Below, piece by piece: positions 40,436-53,785 of a DNA stretch of 64,000 nt. Under the pieces are notes generated by a model that was not told the origin of the DNA, ran no database searches, and saw only the letters and a program-made list of their open reading frames with translations. Made by a program: the position numbers and the translations under genes. Position 1 is the first letter of the stretch, and each line of letters starts with the position of its first letter. Source of the stretch: Tubiluchus corallicola (lineage: Eukaryota > Animalia > Priapulida); the NCBI GenBank assembly GCA_030141605.1, contig JAQGDQ010000326.1, positions 186,001 through 250,000 of the forward strand, in the 5' to 3' direction.

Positions 40436-42553
40436 TATGACGTTATTTAAAGTATTAAAAATGCTGATTTACAGAGAAACATCGTGAAAAATCTGGGCAA
40501 CTTTAGGTGTAAAGTCCATTTCAATAAAATATCGTAAAATGTAGTAGCATTTTCGGCGGCATAGTCTGATTAACTGTCATTTGAGTAAACCATTTTCTGC
40601 AGAAGGATGAATTGTTCAGCTGCCAAATGTCCAGATGTCTATTATGTGATACGTCCGAACCGAATGGTTACCTAAGAGCACAATTTGGGCTAATGTGTTC
40701 TTGTTAAAACGCTTGCTTGCATATTATGAACGCCAAGTTTTCTCTCTCAGGCACAGTAAGCAACAAAATCTACTACAAAACCAAGCCTAACTGCACAAAA
40801 ATTCTGATAAAATTAAAATCAATCTATTGGGCCATTCCTGATTAAATAACTTCTCGGCATTTGTAAAAAAGGAACGCGTCTACAAATGTGCGTGTTCTCA
40901 TAGTATAATCTAAGCGCAAAAGTTTTGATTAAGATAGAGGATCATGCAACAAAAAAAAATAGAAAATTATTAAAAACGAGTAAAGACTTAATTATAAGTT
41001 ATGATAATAATTTATTTAATAAATGTCAGCTGAGGTAAGGTGATTGGTTACTTATCAGTCTCAAAGCGTAAAAAGCCATATTTCGCATCGTCGATTTTTT
41101 CACTTTTTGTCCATCAGTGAATGTTAATTACTCTGCACCGTAATTATGTTAATTAGTGCTGCATGACGTAAATCTCATTAACGACCTGGACAGTTTTAAA
41201 GTGCATTTACATCGTAAAAACGATCGTAAATTTTGGTAATTCTAATTCGATTAGAAGTACATGAGTTATATGGTTCAACTACATTCAGTTTGAAAAATGT
41301 TTGTTATTTTACATATTATTATTGTTACTATTACTATTTAGGCACAAAAGTACAATAAAGAAAAAGTAAAAAGCACATAAAGAACGTAAAAAGCGTATGA
41401 AGAATATTAGGCCTTCAAGCGTGCCAGGGCTAGCAGCAGGGAACTTAATCCCCAAACAGGAAGCTGCCTGCTGGCCCATACTTGTGAAGCGAAGAGGAGA
41501 ATCAGTGAAAATAAATAATCATTAAAAAAGGATAAAATGCCCAAAAATCAAATACGAAACACAAAAATCAGATATAAAATGCACTTGAAAATAAATTGAT
41601 TAAGAAAAGTATAAACTGTAAGCAAACCATTGAGTAAAACCATTGTGCAAGTGAAAAAAAACGTAAAATAATAACTAACCGTTTATTCCAGTGGTTTAGT
41701 TGAAAGCTTAAGTCACTAAAACATCAACTGTAATGCAAAGTAAATCACACCTGAGTTGAGAGTCTATGCCAATCTCAATTACAGGTATATCTAAAACAGT
41801 TTTTTATTCCAAGAAATGTTTAACAAACTTTTAATTGCACTTTTTTCTAAGGGCATCGAATACCGAGTTTGTGAAATTCATTTAGTTTTTAATAATTTTA
41901 CATGATTGTATAAGTGACACAAAACCATCAGCTTCTATGCCTATTAGTCACTCGATCTCTGCCTATTGAAAATGATTCTTTTGTGTTTGCGTCAGCGACA
42001 AAAATCCTTTGTTTGAGCGAAAAGATGTTTCGGGCATATCTTACTAACTAAAACAAAGACTCGCTTAAACACAAAAGCCATTTTATTGTGCTATAATCTG
42101 TTAATTTTAAATTCGTGCAGTTTAAGTGTCGGTGCACGCTTTAAAACAAAGCGGGTTAACTGTTGTAACCCAGGCGGTATTCATTTCACAAAGTTGTCAC
42201 AAAATAAATTTAGTCCCTAATTAAAATTCAGGATATCGGAAGCATTTATAGAGAGAGGGTCGCTAATTAAGCTTGCAATTGAAACGACATTTATGAGCGC
42301 TAGAGAAGCGCGCGCATATTGTTTTTACTTGAATAGAAGTAGATTGTACATAGCAACTTCCGAGAAGTTTTTTGGCTTCAATAATTAAGAATGGAAATAA
42401 ATGTGAAACACCAACTGAGAACAGTGGTTTCGTATGTGATAATCTAATGTATAATTGGTGACCTGAAAAATTTTTGCTTTACTCGTCGAGCCCATACCTC
42501 CTCAAAAGAAAACTAACAACATTTTATTCACATTATCAGTAGATTAGGACATA

Positions 42554-43174
42554 TAACGGATGGCGCAAAAAATGTGCTAAAGTTTAGACTGCAATAGTAT
42601 TAGAACCAATTAACCTACAAAGTTGAAGTTTCACTGCTTGATGTTACAATACATTAGCTTTTGGCTGAGAAACTTGCAACTTTACACTTTTAACAGTTTT
42701 TAAATTATAGCTGAAAAGATTTTGCATGTTAGAAAATAAAGCACTGAAAAAAATTGTTGCCAGGAAAAAATGGAACTCAATCCCCTGGATTAAGGTACCT
42801 GTAAGTCCCTTCAAGAGAACGTGTACAATGACCGCACAGACCAGGAACTAAATGAAAAATTGCTGAATGCTGGGACCAATCCTTAAAGAAGTGAAAAACT
42901 ATGTCAGCTGTTGAAAAAACGCCTTCATCTAGTTTTCATTGAAAATGGCGGACACATAGAGCACTTGCTATCAATTATAACAATGGTGAATTTTCGGCAT
43001 TTATTTTTTTGACTTGTCTTAGAACTTCTGTTGTTCTTAGAACTTCACAGGAAAAATCTGCGAGGATTCCTTTATGTTTTCGGTACTTATACACAAACGT
43101 TTGTAATGTTCAAGCGATTTCGTTTGCAAGTGTTGTGATCAAAACTTCGCCATATCTTTTTCCGCCATCTGATA
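42554..43174 (+). mobile_element. Internally deleted Tc1/mariner element
   Basis: Imperfect TIRs TATAACGGATGGCGCAAAAAATGTG / reverse complement TATATCAGATGGCGGAAAAAGATATG flanked by TA; 42772-42970 translates with frameshifts to ELNPLD*...LQENVY...AECWDQ...KRLHLVFIENGGHIEHLL, a mariner-type transposase C-terminus. Confidence 0.75.
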
Positions 43175-43750
43175 TACTCAACTGCTATTAGTTTCAGAAA
43201 TTTAGGAATTGCAGTTTATACACACCGGTAAAATAAAAGATTACAGTCAAAAAATGACGTGCAGGTGCAAAACAAAATTAATTTAAACTCATTCAAAATT
43301 TATTTAATAAAACGACCACCTTTCGGTGTTTTAGATTGTTACTTTTTCCAGTAACAATAACATTAACATTCACTTAATTTCACTTAATTTGGTTTTAAGC
43401 AAATAGGCAAATATAATATCTTTCTGCTCTTCTCTTAGAATGATTCTCACACTAAAAAATCTACTTAGGGATGTTAAAGAGGCTATTCGTCCCTATGGAC
43501 GAAATTAAACTGCGTTGGTTTAACGGTGAACCTCGTCATTGAGGATTGAACTTGCAACAGCAATTGTTATAATCAGCGTTTAAAGATTTGGTGGAAGCCC
43601 AGATCAAGCACTAAACGATAAGGTCTTTTTAATGGGACCAGAACTTATCTTATTGCTAAGCATGACCCTCTCAGATGCAGCACTGAACCAAGTGCTGAGG
43701 TAGTTTGTCATGTTAATATTATACACCTGTGGATAAATAGCCAGAAGCTG

Positions 43751-43788
43751 CTCATCCATATACTAACCAGGCTTTCTGTTGCTAAACT
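43751..43788 (-). repeat. Second 5S rRNA-like fragment
   Basis: CTCATCCATATACTAACCAGGCTTTCTGTTGCTAAACT aligns to the same 5S segment. Confidence 0.55.
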
Positions 43789-44739
43789 ATCGTTGCAAAA
43801 CAGTCTCCATGACGACGCCATTTCAGCTGTTCTTCTCGCACATGAATGGCGTTTTGACAGCAATGTCATACCTATCCTATACCAGACATGGAGTCATGTC
43901 GAAGCCATTCGGCCACTTTTTATGTTTTCGCCCAGAGGGTGTGTTATTCGTAGACTATGACCGGGTGCTGGGATCGAATTGTAGACCAACAGGACACTGG
44001 CGACATTGCATTTTATTGTTCTACTTGTCTTGTGAGTATTCTGCATGATAATAATTTTTTTTAAATACGAATTCAACTTCACATTGTAGTTAGAGTTAGA
44101 TCTATTGAAGTTAACTATGATTAGCGATATGATAAGTCAGATTGGCCTTATTAAATTACATTACAGGTCTTCTCATTTATGTTTGTAAATACGGTGCAGT
44201 AAATAAAGTAGAGTTATGAAAAGTTTTTTCTTATTCTGCTGTATTGTGATAGCTACGTTAGTAATAATCGTAACATGTTTATAAGACTTCATGTTAAACG
44301 ATAATGCGTTGAACGCACAATCAGCTTCAGTTACAGTTAGTGTTTCGTGGGATCACTGGATCAAGTCATCGTAGGACACCGGGCCACGTGAAAAACGTGT
44401 ATTATAAACGAGTCTTACGATCCAGGATAAGGTGTACATTTTATAATACGCGTTTTTAATTTTTTAGCTACAACAAACTCTCTCAGACAATCAAGATTTT
44501 CACATTAACAAACACTCATGCAAGGGCAAATAAGTGCTAAATTCTAAACAAAGATTTGAGTTGATGATGCTATTATCTGAAGTTTTATAATCGGAAGTGG
44601 TGCTGAGTCCTGATAAGCCACTGGCATAACAGTGTCTAGGTTTTTTTGCTCAATTACAGCTGTGTTTATCTCTCTTGAGGGCAGATTTCTTTTATTTTAG
44701 AATTCTGCTTGTCCGAGTCTACAACAGACGTTTGAGCGT

Positions 44740-44740
<1 letters not shown>

Positions 44741-44780
<40 letters not shown>
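44741..44780. repeat. (GAT)n microsatellite
   Basis: About 13 perfect copies. Confidence 0.95.
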
Positions 44781-46029
44781 ATAAAGTTTTACCATGCTGT
44801 GTTTAGCTGACTAAGCCTTCCATTTTCCGCAAAAACACTTATAATAAACTTATGACCAGCCTTTAAAGTCGCCATGTTTACTTTGTGCGTTCTGGCGTTT
44901 ATATATCTCGTATGCTGCTATACTACAGGATTCGAATGTTAAAAGTTAATGACGCGAGGTATACAGTATATTATGAAGTATTCTGCGTTTTTGATATATA
45001 AATTAACCTAGTTAGCGATAGACTTCTATAATAAATTGCTGACAAAGCAATTAAAACGACTTGACTAATTAAGCGCAAAAGTTCAAACTGTTGAATTAAT
45101 TAGTGGATTCTGATCAATCATGCATTGCATTGTATTCTACTAATTGCTTTTGCTTCGCAGAATGCGCTCTAATTAACGCATTGATCATTAAAATTATTAG
45201 CCGTACAAAGCTTTCTTTTGTTAAATAAAATAATTTTCACTGTTGATTTAAATCTAGGTAATGGTACTGACATTAGTAAACAAAATGAATAAATAGTGGC
45301 CAGAGTTTATAAGACTGTTAATAGAAAAAAAACTGAAGCAGCCTAAGAAATAAATTGAAGCAATTGAAAGTACGTATGCCTCGAAGTTTGATTTGTTCAC
45401 TGCTTACATGAAACTAGCAAACATTTAATCAACTTGAGTAAAACAAATTTTGTGAATCATATTTCCAATATAAACGTTATATCAAGTGAAGTTTAATAAT
45501 TCAAAGAAAAATGGAAGAGACGTTTGTTGATAATTCTGTATGCTTATATTCATCAAGTTAATTAAATTTACTTTTGTGTATTCATATACGCCAGCTTCGT
45601 GAATATTTCTGCAAGGGTCAAGAAAAACTACGTGAACGAACGCGTAATTTTGAGATTCCTTGTTGCAGGTGCTGAGGTTCTGATTTAATGGTACTAATGC
45701 TGCGGGTGCACAAGAATAGTGTTAAGGTTGAGGTCGTGGTCACTGAAGACTTACCGCTAAGAATTTAAAGATTCCACGTGCTTGGGTGACAAAAAACGTC
45801 ACACATGCACATTTGTTCACATAGTGTTTCATATTTAATCTTTTACAACCCAATAGCTAGTAAGTTTAACCTACGAGCAAAGAGAAAAATTGAAATTTGG
45901 CTGGGTGACGCAGAGACATGGAATACCTGACGGTAACGTAACGAAATGTAACATGAAATAAGATGAAACGACCTGGCCATTTAAATATAAAGTTCATAGA
46001 ACCTACTGTACTCAGCTTTTCATAAATTG

Positions 46030-46420
46030 CTACTGTTTAAAATTTTTGCGTAATCTTTAACAGAAATCAATTTAGCGCGCTGTGACAGAATATTTATAAA
46101 AACATTTTCTGGGAACATTCATAGCAAATACTGAAAAACTTTTATCAAGTTACAATAGAACTAGAACATGGGAAACAGCTGTTGCCAAAGGTCAAGCGTT
46201 GACATCTATTGACGTTCCTCTTCAACTGTCCAAGGTTACAATCGAGGAGGAGCGAGGCACACACGATCTTAACCAAGTTCTACGTACGACCAGCTCCAAG
46301 AGAAAAGCTGGAAGAGGTGCTGTTGCAGATATTTATGAAAAAACTTCAATGTGCTAAACAAGAGAGTGGGTCGAGAAATGACATCGCGGAAATATGTGCA
46401 AGTATCAAAGACGATCAAGA
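46030..46420 (+). mobile_element. Possible piggyBac transposase C-terminal remnant
   Basis: Frameshifted HFLGTFIANT and SSKRKAGR..C..YEKLQ loosely resemble the piggyBac C-terminus; no termini identified. Confidence 0.25.
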
Positions 46421-49400
46421 CAGTACCGGGCGAGTCTTTCACGAACGCCGATCCAAAAAAAATAATACACGCTTAAAGCAGAAGAAAGCCTGAATACCTT
46501 CAAGAAGTATACAAGAACATTCATGTGATGTTTGCATGAAGCTAAAAAATTCCTACTGTCTTATTGCTACTTGTATTAGCAGCTACCTATATAAAACTTG
46601 AAATTTTAACTGCAACTATGACCATTAGACGCAGCAATTTTGACGATAGGTAATTCGAAACAATTTTAGATAATATTGGGTAAGTTTTGAAAAAGTAATC
46701 AGAGCATTCGTAGCGCACTTGTCACTAATTAAACAAAAGTTTAAATTACTTTTTGGCCAATAAGATCAATAACGTGGTTTTTTGTTGGTAAATCAGTGGG
46801 ATGATGATCCAGTGCCGTTTTATCAGAGGACACGAATATTTAAATTATCAAGAATTTTCTTTTCTAATTACACGAGTCTTTCAAATACGTAAGCGAAATA
46901 CAGAGTAACACTACTTTGTGTGGAAGTTTTTTTTTCGGATATACTTTAAAATCCCATTTTCTTCCCTTTTAAAGCTGCTGACCCTCTTCTCTGAATGTGT
47001 AGAATAAATCTTGTGGAATTTGTCAAAGTAAGTTTCTGCTTGACTGTGATTAAGGGGGGGGGGGCGCAAAACCCCTTTCCTGTTTGTGGCAGCACTAAAC
47101 ACAAATTCGAATAACTAATTTATGGTAAGGTGCACGAAGAGACTCCGCCGTAAGTTTAACTCAGGCACAAGACAAACAGGCAAGATCAAGTTAAAGTTCG
47201 CGGCCATAATCTTTAAAACAGATTAGACGTCATAGTTATATATACTACGAGTGATCATCCTTATAAGCTATTTCTTCCTAGGTGCAACAAAACTCTGTCT
47301 TTGTTAGACTATATCGCTTAGGCACGGCTCTTCCTTCTCATGTTGTAATGGTTCCCTCTTTGGCTTCCTTAAAAACATCTTTAAGAAATTCTAATTTCAC
47401 TAATCGTCTCAACATTTTTCGTTAGTTTAGAGGATGCTCTTCATAGTGATCCCCTGACTTCCGAAAGTACATACAATTTGTTTATTTTTGCAATAGTCAT
47501 TAACAATTAACAATCTGTATGGTTTATCTGTATGGCTGATTTATAAATTCTCACCACAGGTGCCCAAGTGTATTTTCTGCTTCCCTTGTTAGCGCTAGTT
47601 GCTCCAGCACTTTTATCGCTTTACTATTTATTTGTGCATTATTACTTTGTTAAAAGCGCAAATAAAATTCATTCATTCATTCATTCATTTATTAGTAAGA
47701 AGATATACTACCAATGCAATAATTATTTGTGCCTGCCGTATCTCACTTCGTGATTACTATCAGCATTGCTACTGTCATCGCCGCCCCGCCACTGTTACTT
47801 TTCGTAGTTACAAATTGGAGTCAAGAAACCAACAAAATACCTTAAGCCCGAATTTCTAATGCATGGAGTACTGTTCCTAAATTTCGTCGCGAATTATCAT
47901 AGGACATGTTTACTGTTAGGCGTTTGTTGTGAAGTTTTCCAGTCGATTTGTAATTTTTTCAATTTTCAAATCTACATGTACATGGCGCTGACACATTCTT
48001 TTCCAACGTGTGCATAATACAAGTGCTTTAGCCGTTGATAAATTTTCTCTATTGCTTAGAAATTCACATTTTAATAACACGGGAGAGGCAGAATTACACT
48101 CGTGCTTTGCTGCTTTTCAAAAGAGTTGATGATGAATGGACGAAAACGTTGAAATTAGCCAGAAGTTGACAAGCAAAATTTCCTATTAATTTCACTTCGA
48201 CTTGCAATCCATTGTGTAAAAGAATAAATGCTTCAAATTTTTCATTCGCGTGCATTCTTAATCATTTTTGTTTAAATTCGACTGTGGATTCGCAATATAG
48301 TTTCACGATATAGGTTTCTTGGTAATTGCAAGTAATGAATGCTCAGTAATTACAACCCACGAATACATTTAATAACATAAATAATATAACGTTTGCAGAA
48401 CGTCGTTAAATCGCGTTTTCATTTTGTCGAATATATGAGCATGGAAAGCCATTGAAACAAAGAAATTGCTTCTCCAGGAAACATTTACTGAAATTCATTT
48501 GAGAAAACGCGCGTCAATTTTTTTAATCTAATTTGTTTTGCGTGTTATGCACGCGCATGATTTAGCAATGTATTGCATCTAGTTGACAAGAAGTGTATAA
48601 CTTGCTCAAATAAACTATCATAATGCAGAACTTACAAAGTAATACTGTACTCAAATGTTCAATGATATTGCTCAAGTACAAACTAGCTTAGATGTACTCG
48701 CATAGATGTAAATATTCTTTCTAACGATTATGATAGATATCAAAAGTGACGTTTCGACTGTATTTGCGATATTAAGTAAATAGTTTTGTCTTTTCTATTG
48801 TTTGTATTTGCTGTAAAATATGGGCGAGCACATAATACGTGATAATAATAACAAATTAGTGATTTGGCATAATGTGTAATAATTTTAATAGCGGCTAATG
48901 TATTTTTCTGATTGTAATTTTGACAGTCTTAGTAACATTGTATTACACGTATATTTGACATTGTATCATTAATGTATCAGCGCATATATCCTATGTAAGC
49001 AAGTATGTATGTATGTATCCTATTCTTATAATTAAGCTAAAACTTTGCCTGCAACTAGACGCCCATTTAGGTAAATTATGTCATTTAAAATGAAAGTTTA
49101 ATTTTCATCATTACAAAGCAGAATTGTAATAAAAACATGCGAACAATCTTAAAAAATAATTATGTTTGTGTAATTATAAATCATTTGTCTTAAGCGTATA
49201 TGTCTCTGATTCTTACTATCATGTAGGTGTTGACAAATGAGAATCACGAAAAGAAACCAATTACTATAGACAGTCCTGGAATAACTATTGAACAAAATAA
49301 GCACGTGTTTCAGGCTATAGGGGAAAAGACCCCTTACACATTTTAATAAGCTGCTCTGTCTTTACTGGTATCCATTTCGCATATAAATATGCTGAATGGC

Positions 49401-50195
49401 CGTCATTTTATAAGATTTAGAGTACTCTCTGTATTTTTAATCAAATATTACTTTCTTGCATTTACTGAAAATAAATCTTACTGCAAGTTTTTTTCATTTC
49501 GAAAAATAAATTTCATTTTACATTTTAACATTATTTTTATTCTGAATTACACATTTATGAGGTACCGTGACCTTTTCGATGCTTAGGGCCTACTGAGATA
49601 TTAATCTTGCCCTGACAATATTTGCTAAGAATTCCATTGAAATGTTAAATCTGATACGAAGCCATTCAGTATTCATATTAGCATAAATAACTCAAAAACA
49701 ATGATAAAAATCTGTTACTAAAGTTCACTAAATTCTATAATTATAATTTTATAATTTCAAAATTAACAAAACAATGACGATCACATCTATTAAAAAAATT
49801 ATATCGTCCTGCTTTCAATTAATTTAAACAGTGTCAAAAAAAAATTAAAAATGCTCTACTAACAAAATTCGCAGGACGACACTTTATCATGGTAAACTAA
49901 TCGACAAACTAGAACGATAACTCGACATTTCTTTGTTAATCTAGTCAAGTTAATCTGCGTCAATAATATAAGCAGTTTGTCGACTTTTCCAGTTTCCTCT
50001 TGAGGGCGTGCACCGAGTGTGTGAGTGACAACGGCCACAATAGGCAATTAGTAGAAATTTGTTTTTTACATGGATGCATAAAAATTGCATGTAGTATAAT
50101 GTTTCCATAATGGTCCATGCGATTAGTGATGTTAAGAATGAAGTGGCTTAAAATAAGGGGTGTCTTCTGTGAACAAGATAATGCAGGCTCCTCAG

Positions 50196-50265
50196 TAGGG
50201 GTGAGCATTCTCTGCCAGAAATCGAATTAGGATCGAATAGAATTTGTAACTTTCGAATTCGACAG
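50196..50265 (+). mobile_element. hAT-like terminus
   Basis: TAGGGGTGAGCA followed by repeated TCGAAT subterminal motifs; other end not found. Confidence 0.3.
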
Positions 50266-50888
50266 TAAAATTATTGTCAATGAATGCCTTAAAATTTTAA
50301 TGAATCCTAATTGAATCAAATTTTAAGTGATCAATTGATGTTGTATTTTTTGAACAAATTTATGGTTTTATAGTTTATACTTAACTTACAAAAAAGAGTG
50401 ATGTGAATTTAAGTTTGATTACACATTTGTCAGCTGAGAATTGCTTAGTGATTAAACTGAAACGCCCTGTTTTAAACTACTAACAGCAGTATAATGCAGA
50501 TTTTTATCGATAAATTTTGTAGGAAGCCTACTGAATACTGAATAGGCCTACTAATCCTATAAAGATCTCTAGATTCATATTAGATTTAGATTTTATTTCT
50601 CACTAATTGCAATGCACATTCAATGATATGAGACAATAATTACAAAATGACATGCCAAAAAACAAACTGCTCACAATAAAATACTTCAATGTGTGCTGAA
50701 AGAAAATCTTGTAAACAAAACATTGATAATGAGAAAGTGTCAGGCAAAACAAGGCAGGGTTTAAAATTAGGATGTGTATAGAAAATAATTCGATTAGAGG
50801 TGCAGGTTAGTCAAGATAGGTTAAGTTACGTAAGTAACATGTACATTATATACAAGAAACCTCGTGAGATTTTAAATACATTACATTA

Positions 50889-51257
50889 TGTTGTGTTTTG
50901 TTTCTCTCGGAAGGCTCTTAGAGAAAACCAGAAAACACTTCGTCAAATTAAACTAGTTTATTAAGCGAGAATTCTACAACACAAAAGTATGAAGGAACGC
51001 GAAATGATTACACTAAATGTGAAAATCTGGAAAATGTTTGAGTGTATCTAAAAATACAAGTATACAAGAGAATGGGTAAATGGCGTCCGTGTGAATCTGT
51101 GTGTGTCTATCAGTGGCCTGCTTCGCCTTATATAGGGTGCCAGGGAACATTCTAGACATTTCTTTCTAGAACATTCTACAAGATAAGACGATTATTCTAA
51201 TGGAACATTGTACAATGTTCTATTTAATTCTCATAGATGCCAGCGATTTCCACAACA
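50889..51257 (-). repeat. 3' LTR (369 bp)
   Basis: Same termini as the 5' LTR; about 26 substitutions by manual count plus an extra 34-bp segment. Confidence 0.95.
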
Positions 51258-51268
51258 CCTCCCCACCG
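51258..51268 (-). promoter_or_regulatory. Polypurine tract
   Basis: Minus strand GGTGGGGAGG immediately before the 3' LTR. Confidence 0.8.
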
Positions 51269-51283
51269 AAATTGATGCTGTCT

Positions 51284-52249
51284 TCAAAGCATCAGCAACA
51301 AAGTCTCTCTCAGCTGGGGTTGTCCGGTCCATATTCTGGCACAGGCGGCTTGGTCTCGGATATGGGCTGAGGTGCTCCAGTCTGCTTCAGGGTTTCGGGC
51401 AGTTCTTCCAGGATCCATTGGATGATCAGGTGGAAGCTCAGAAGTAAAGTCCTTCTCATCACCAGGTTCGTAGTCCTCTGCAAAAGCGTAGCACGTACGT
51501 AGCTGTTCCCAGTGTCGTCTCCACACTGGACCATGAGGAAAGACCTTAACATTGAAGCAGCGCACACCCAAAGCTTTCTTTATGACCGCTGGTACCCATC
51601 GGGGATGTCCGTCTCGACGAGGTCTATAGTACAGGGCATAGACAGGCTTTCCAGCCTTGTACTGCTTGGTGACCTTGGCAACACCTCCCGAGATGACTCC
51701 TTGGATTGCTTGCCCTAAGCAGCGTGCGCTGGCGAGGGTAGCAAGCAGTCGATCCTTGTCCGTATCTGCCGGGACATCAAGAGTTCACTCGGAGAGAATC
51801 CACAGGATGTCGGTGTTCTCCGGTACTGCATCAGAAACTCTTGAAGAGCTCGCTTCGGGACAGAGAAGACTTTCTGAGTGCTTGCTTAAATGTCTGCACC
51901 AATCGTTCCGCTGCTCCGTTGGTAGCTGGATGGTATGGTGCTCCTGTGAGATGGCTTGTTCTGATGTGATGAGTCACATCGTCAGCTAGCCATTTCGATA
52001 GCCGCATCGATACTGGGCCAGTAGACAGCAGTTCTTGCCAACTGTTTCATGCGTTCCATGCCGAAGTGCCCGATATGCAGTAGATCCAGGATCTTGGACT
52101 GCAGGCTCTGTGGAATCACAACTCTTGATCCATGGATGAGGCATCCGTGGCAGATACTGAGTGAATCCGACAACTTCCGGAACTTTTCGACTTCTCGGTT
52201 GATCTCAGCGTGCTTGGCCATCCTTCTCGGACGTAGCGCATGACCATAG
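51284..52249 (-). pseudogene. Integrase, disrupted and lacking most of the catalytic core
   Basis: LHIGHFGMERMKQLARTAVYWP..CDS jumps near 51950 to HLTGAPYHPATNGAAERLVQTFK; then FLMQYRRTP..SPSELL and the C-terminal WRRHWEQLR; stops and frameshifts. Confidence 0.88.
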
Positions 52250-53785
52250 CTAGCACTGGATCTTTCCCTGACTCTTGTCGGGGATGTTGGCGTCCACAGG
52301 CTTGACTTGAAGACTGAGAACTTTAATGGCACACACCATGTCCATGTCTTCACCATTTTCCTCCCTGTCGAAGTCGTTGTCGTCTCCAGATGGGAAGCGA
52401 CTAACGGCATCTGCATTGCCGTGATCTGCTGTTTTCCGGTACTCGATTTTGTAGTCAAACTGGTTTAGCCCCAGGGCCCACCGAGCTAGACGATTAGCTA
52501 CAAGAAGTGGCGTCCCTTTCTTCGGTCCGAAGAGTGAAGTTAGTGGCTTATGATCAGTCACCAGTGTGAAATGAGACCCGTAGCGGTACTGGTAGAATTT
52601 CCGTAAGCCGAGGATAATAGCTAGGGCTTCCTTATGTATTTGGCTGTAGTTCCTTTCTGCAGCTGTGAGAGTCTTGGACACATTGGCAATTGGGCACTCG
52701 CTTCCGCCAGGATAGCGATGAAACTGGACAGCTCCAATTCCAATGTTGGACGCGTCACAAGCCAATCCCAGAGGCTTGTCTGGGTCGAAATGCACAAGGA
52801 CTTGATCTGAGGATAGCACATTTTTCAAAAGTTGAAATACTGTTTGCTCCTCATCTCCCCACTCCCAGGGGACTGTCTTCTTGGTCAAGTGGTAAAGAGG
52901 CTCTGCCATAGTAGCCAAGTTTGGGATGAACTTCCCGTAGAACTGAACCGAGCCTAAGAAAGACTTGAAGCTTGAGACGTCTGTAAGAGGTGGCATCTTC
53001 ATGACTGCCTCGACCTTGGATCCTTTCGCAACTCCTTCGGCCGATAAGGTGTGTCCAAGATATTCAATACTTGGTTGTGCGAACAAGCACTTTTTACGAC
53101 AACATCTGAGTCCTTTGTCGTTCAGATGAGTGAGCAAGCGTCTCACGTTGCTCAGGTGATCATTTGCATCTTGCCCGCTGACGAGCATATCATCTTGGAA
53201 GACAGCGACTCCAGGCAGATCACTGGTCAGGTTGCCCATGATCTCCTGAAAGTAACCAGGCGCTGACTTGATTCCGAAAGGAAGTCGTTGCCGCAGGAGT
53301 ACACCACTGTGGGTACTGAGAGCTAGCCTGCGTTGACTCTCGGGTGCCAGCTTGATCTGGTTATAGGCATCAGCAAGGTCGATCTTCGTGTAGCCGTATC
53401 CGCCTCCCAGCTTCTGCATCAGTTCCTCTGGGAGTGGCATCGGATGACGGTGGTCCTTTAGCTGATTGTTGATGCCGACTGAGTAGTCACCACAGATCCG
53501 CAATTTGGGCTTCTGAGTGCCCGGAGTGTAAGCTTTACGAATCGGTACCACTGGCATTCCGTATTTGTTGAACTGGACTGGTTTCCAGACACCTTTGGCG
53601 ATGCCTTCTTCGTAACCTTTGGCCAGGTCATCTCGAAGAGCGAATGGAACCAGTCGTGCCTTGTGAAAAACCGGCTTCGTGTCAGACTTGAACTTCACTT
53701 CCTGTTCGAAGTCCTTAAAACACCCCAATTCTTCTTTGAAGAGATCTGGGAACTCGCCACACAGGTTGTGGCAATCTTGTTCCAA
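52250..53785 (-). pseudogene. pol: Reverse transcriptase + RNase H region of pol (uninterrupted 511-codon frame)
   Basis: KLRICGDYS, KIDLADAYNQI, LPFGIKSAPGYFQ, FQDD, YLGH; RNase H CDAS...KEALAII...TDHKPL...NADA. Confidence 0.93.

Noticed and set aside
39845-40450. Cys/Pro-rich keratin-associated-like ORFs
   Set aside because: Translations of pentanucleotide repeats; no splice or domain support.
41320-41830. Possible antisense LINE 3' tail
   Set aside because: Composition is suggestive but no translatable motif is strong enough to call.
43696-43717. let-7/miR-84-like TGAGGTAGTTTGTCATGTT
   Set aside because: Only the seed region matches, the star arm pairs poorly, and it lies in a probable SINE.
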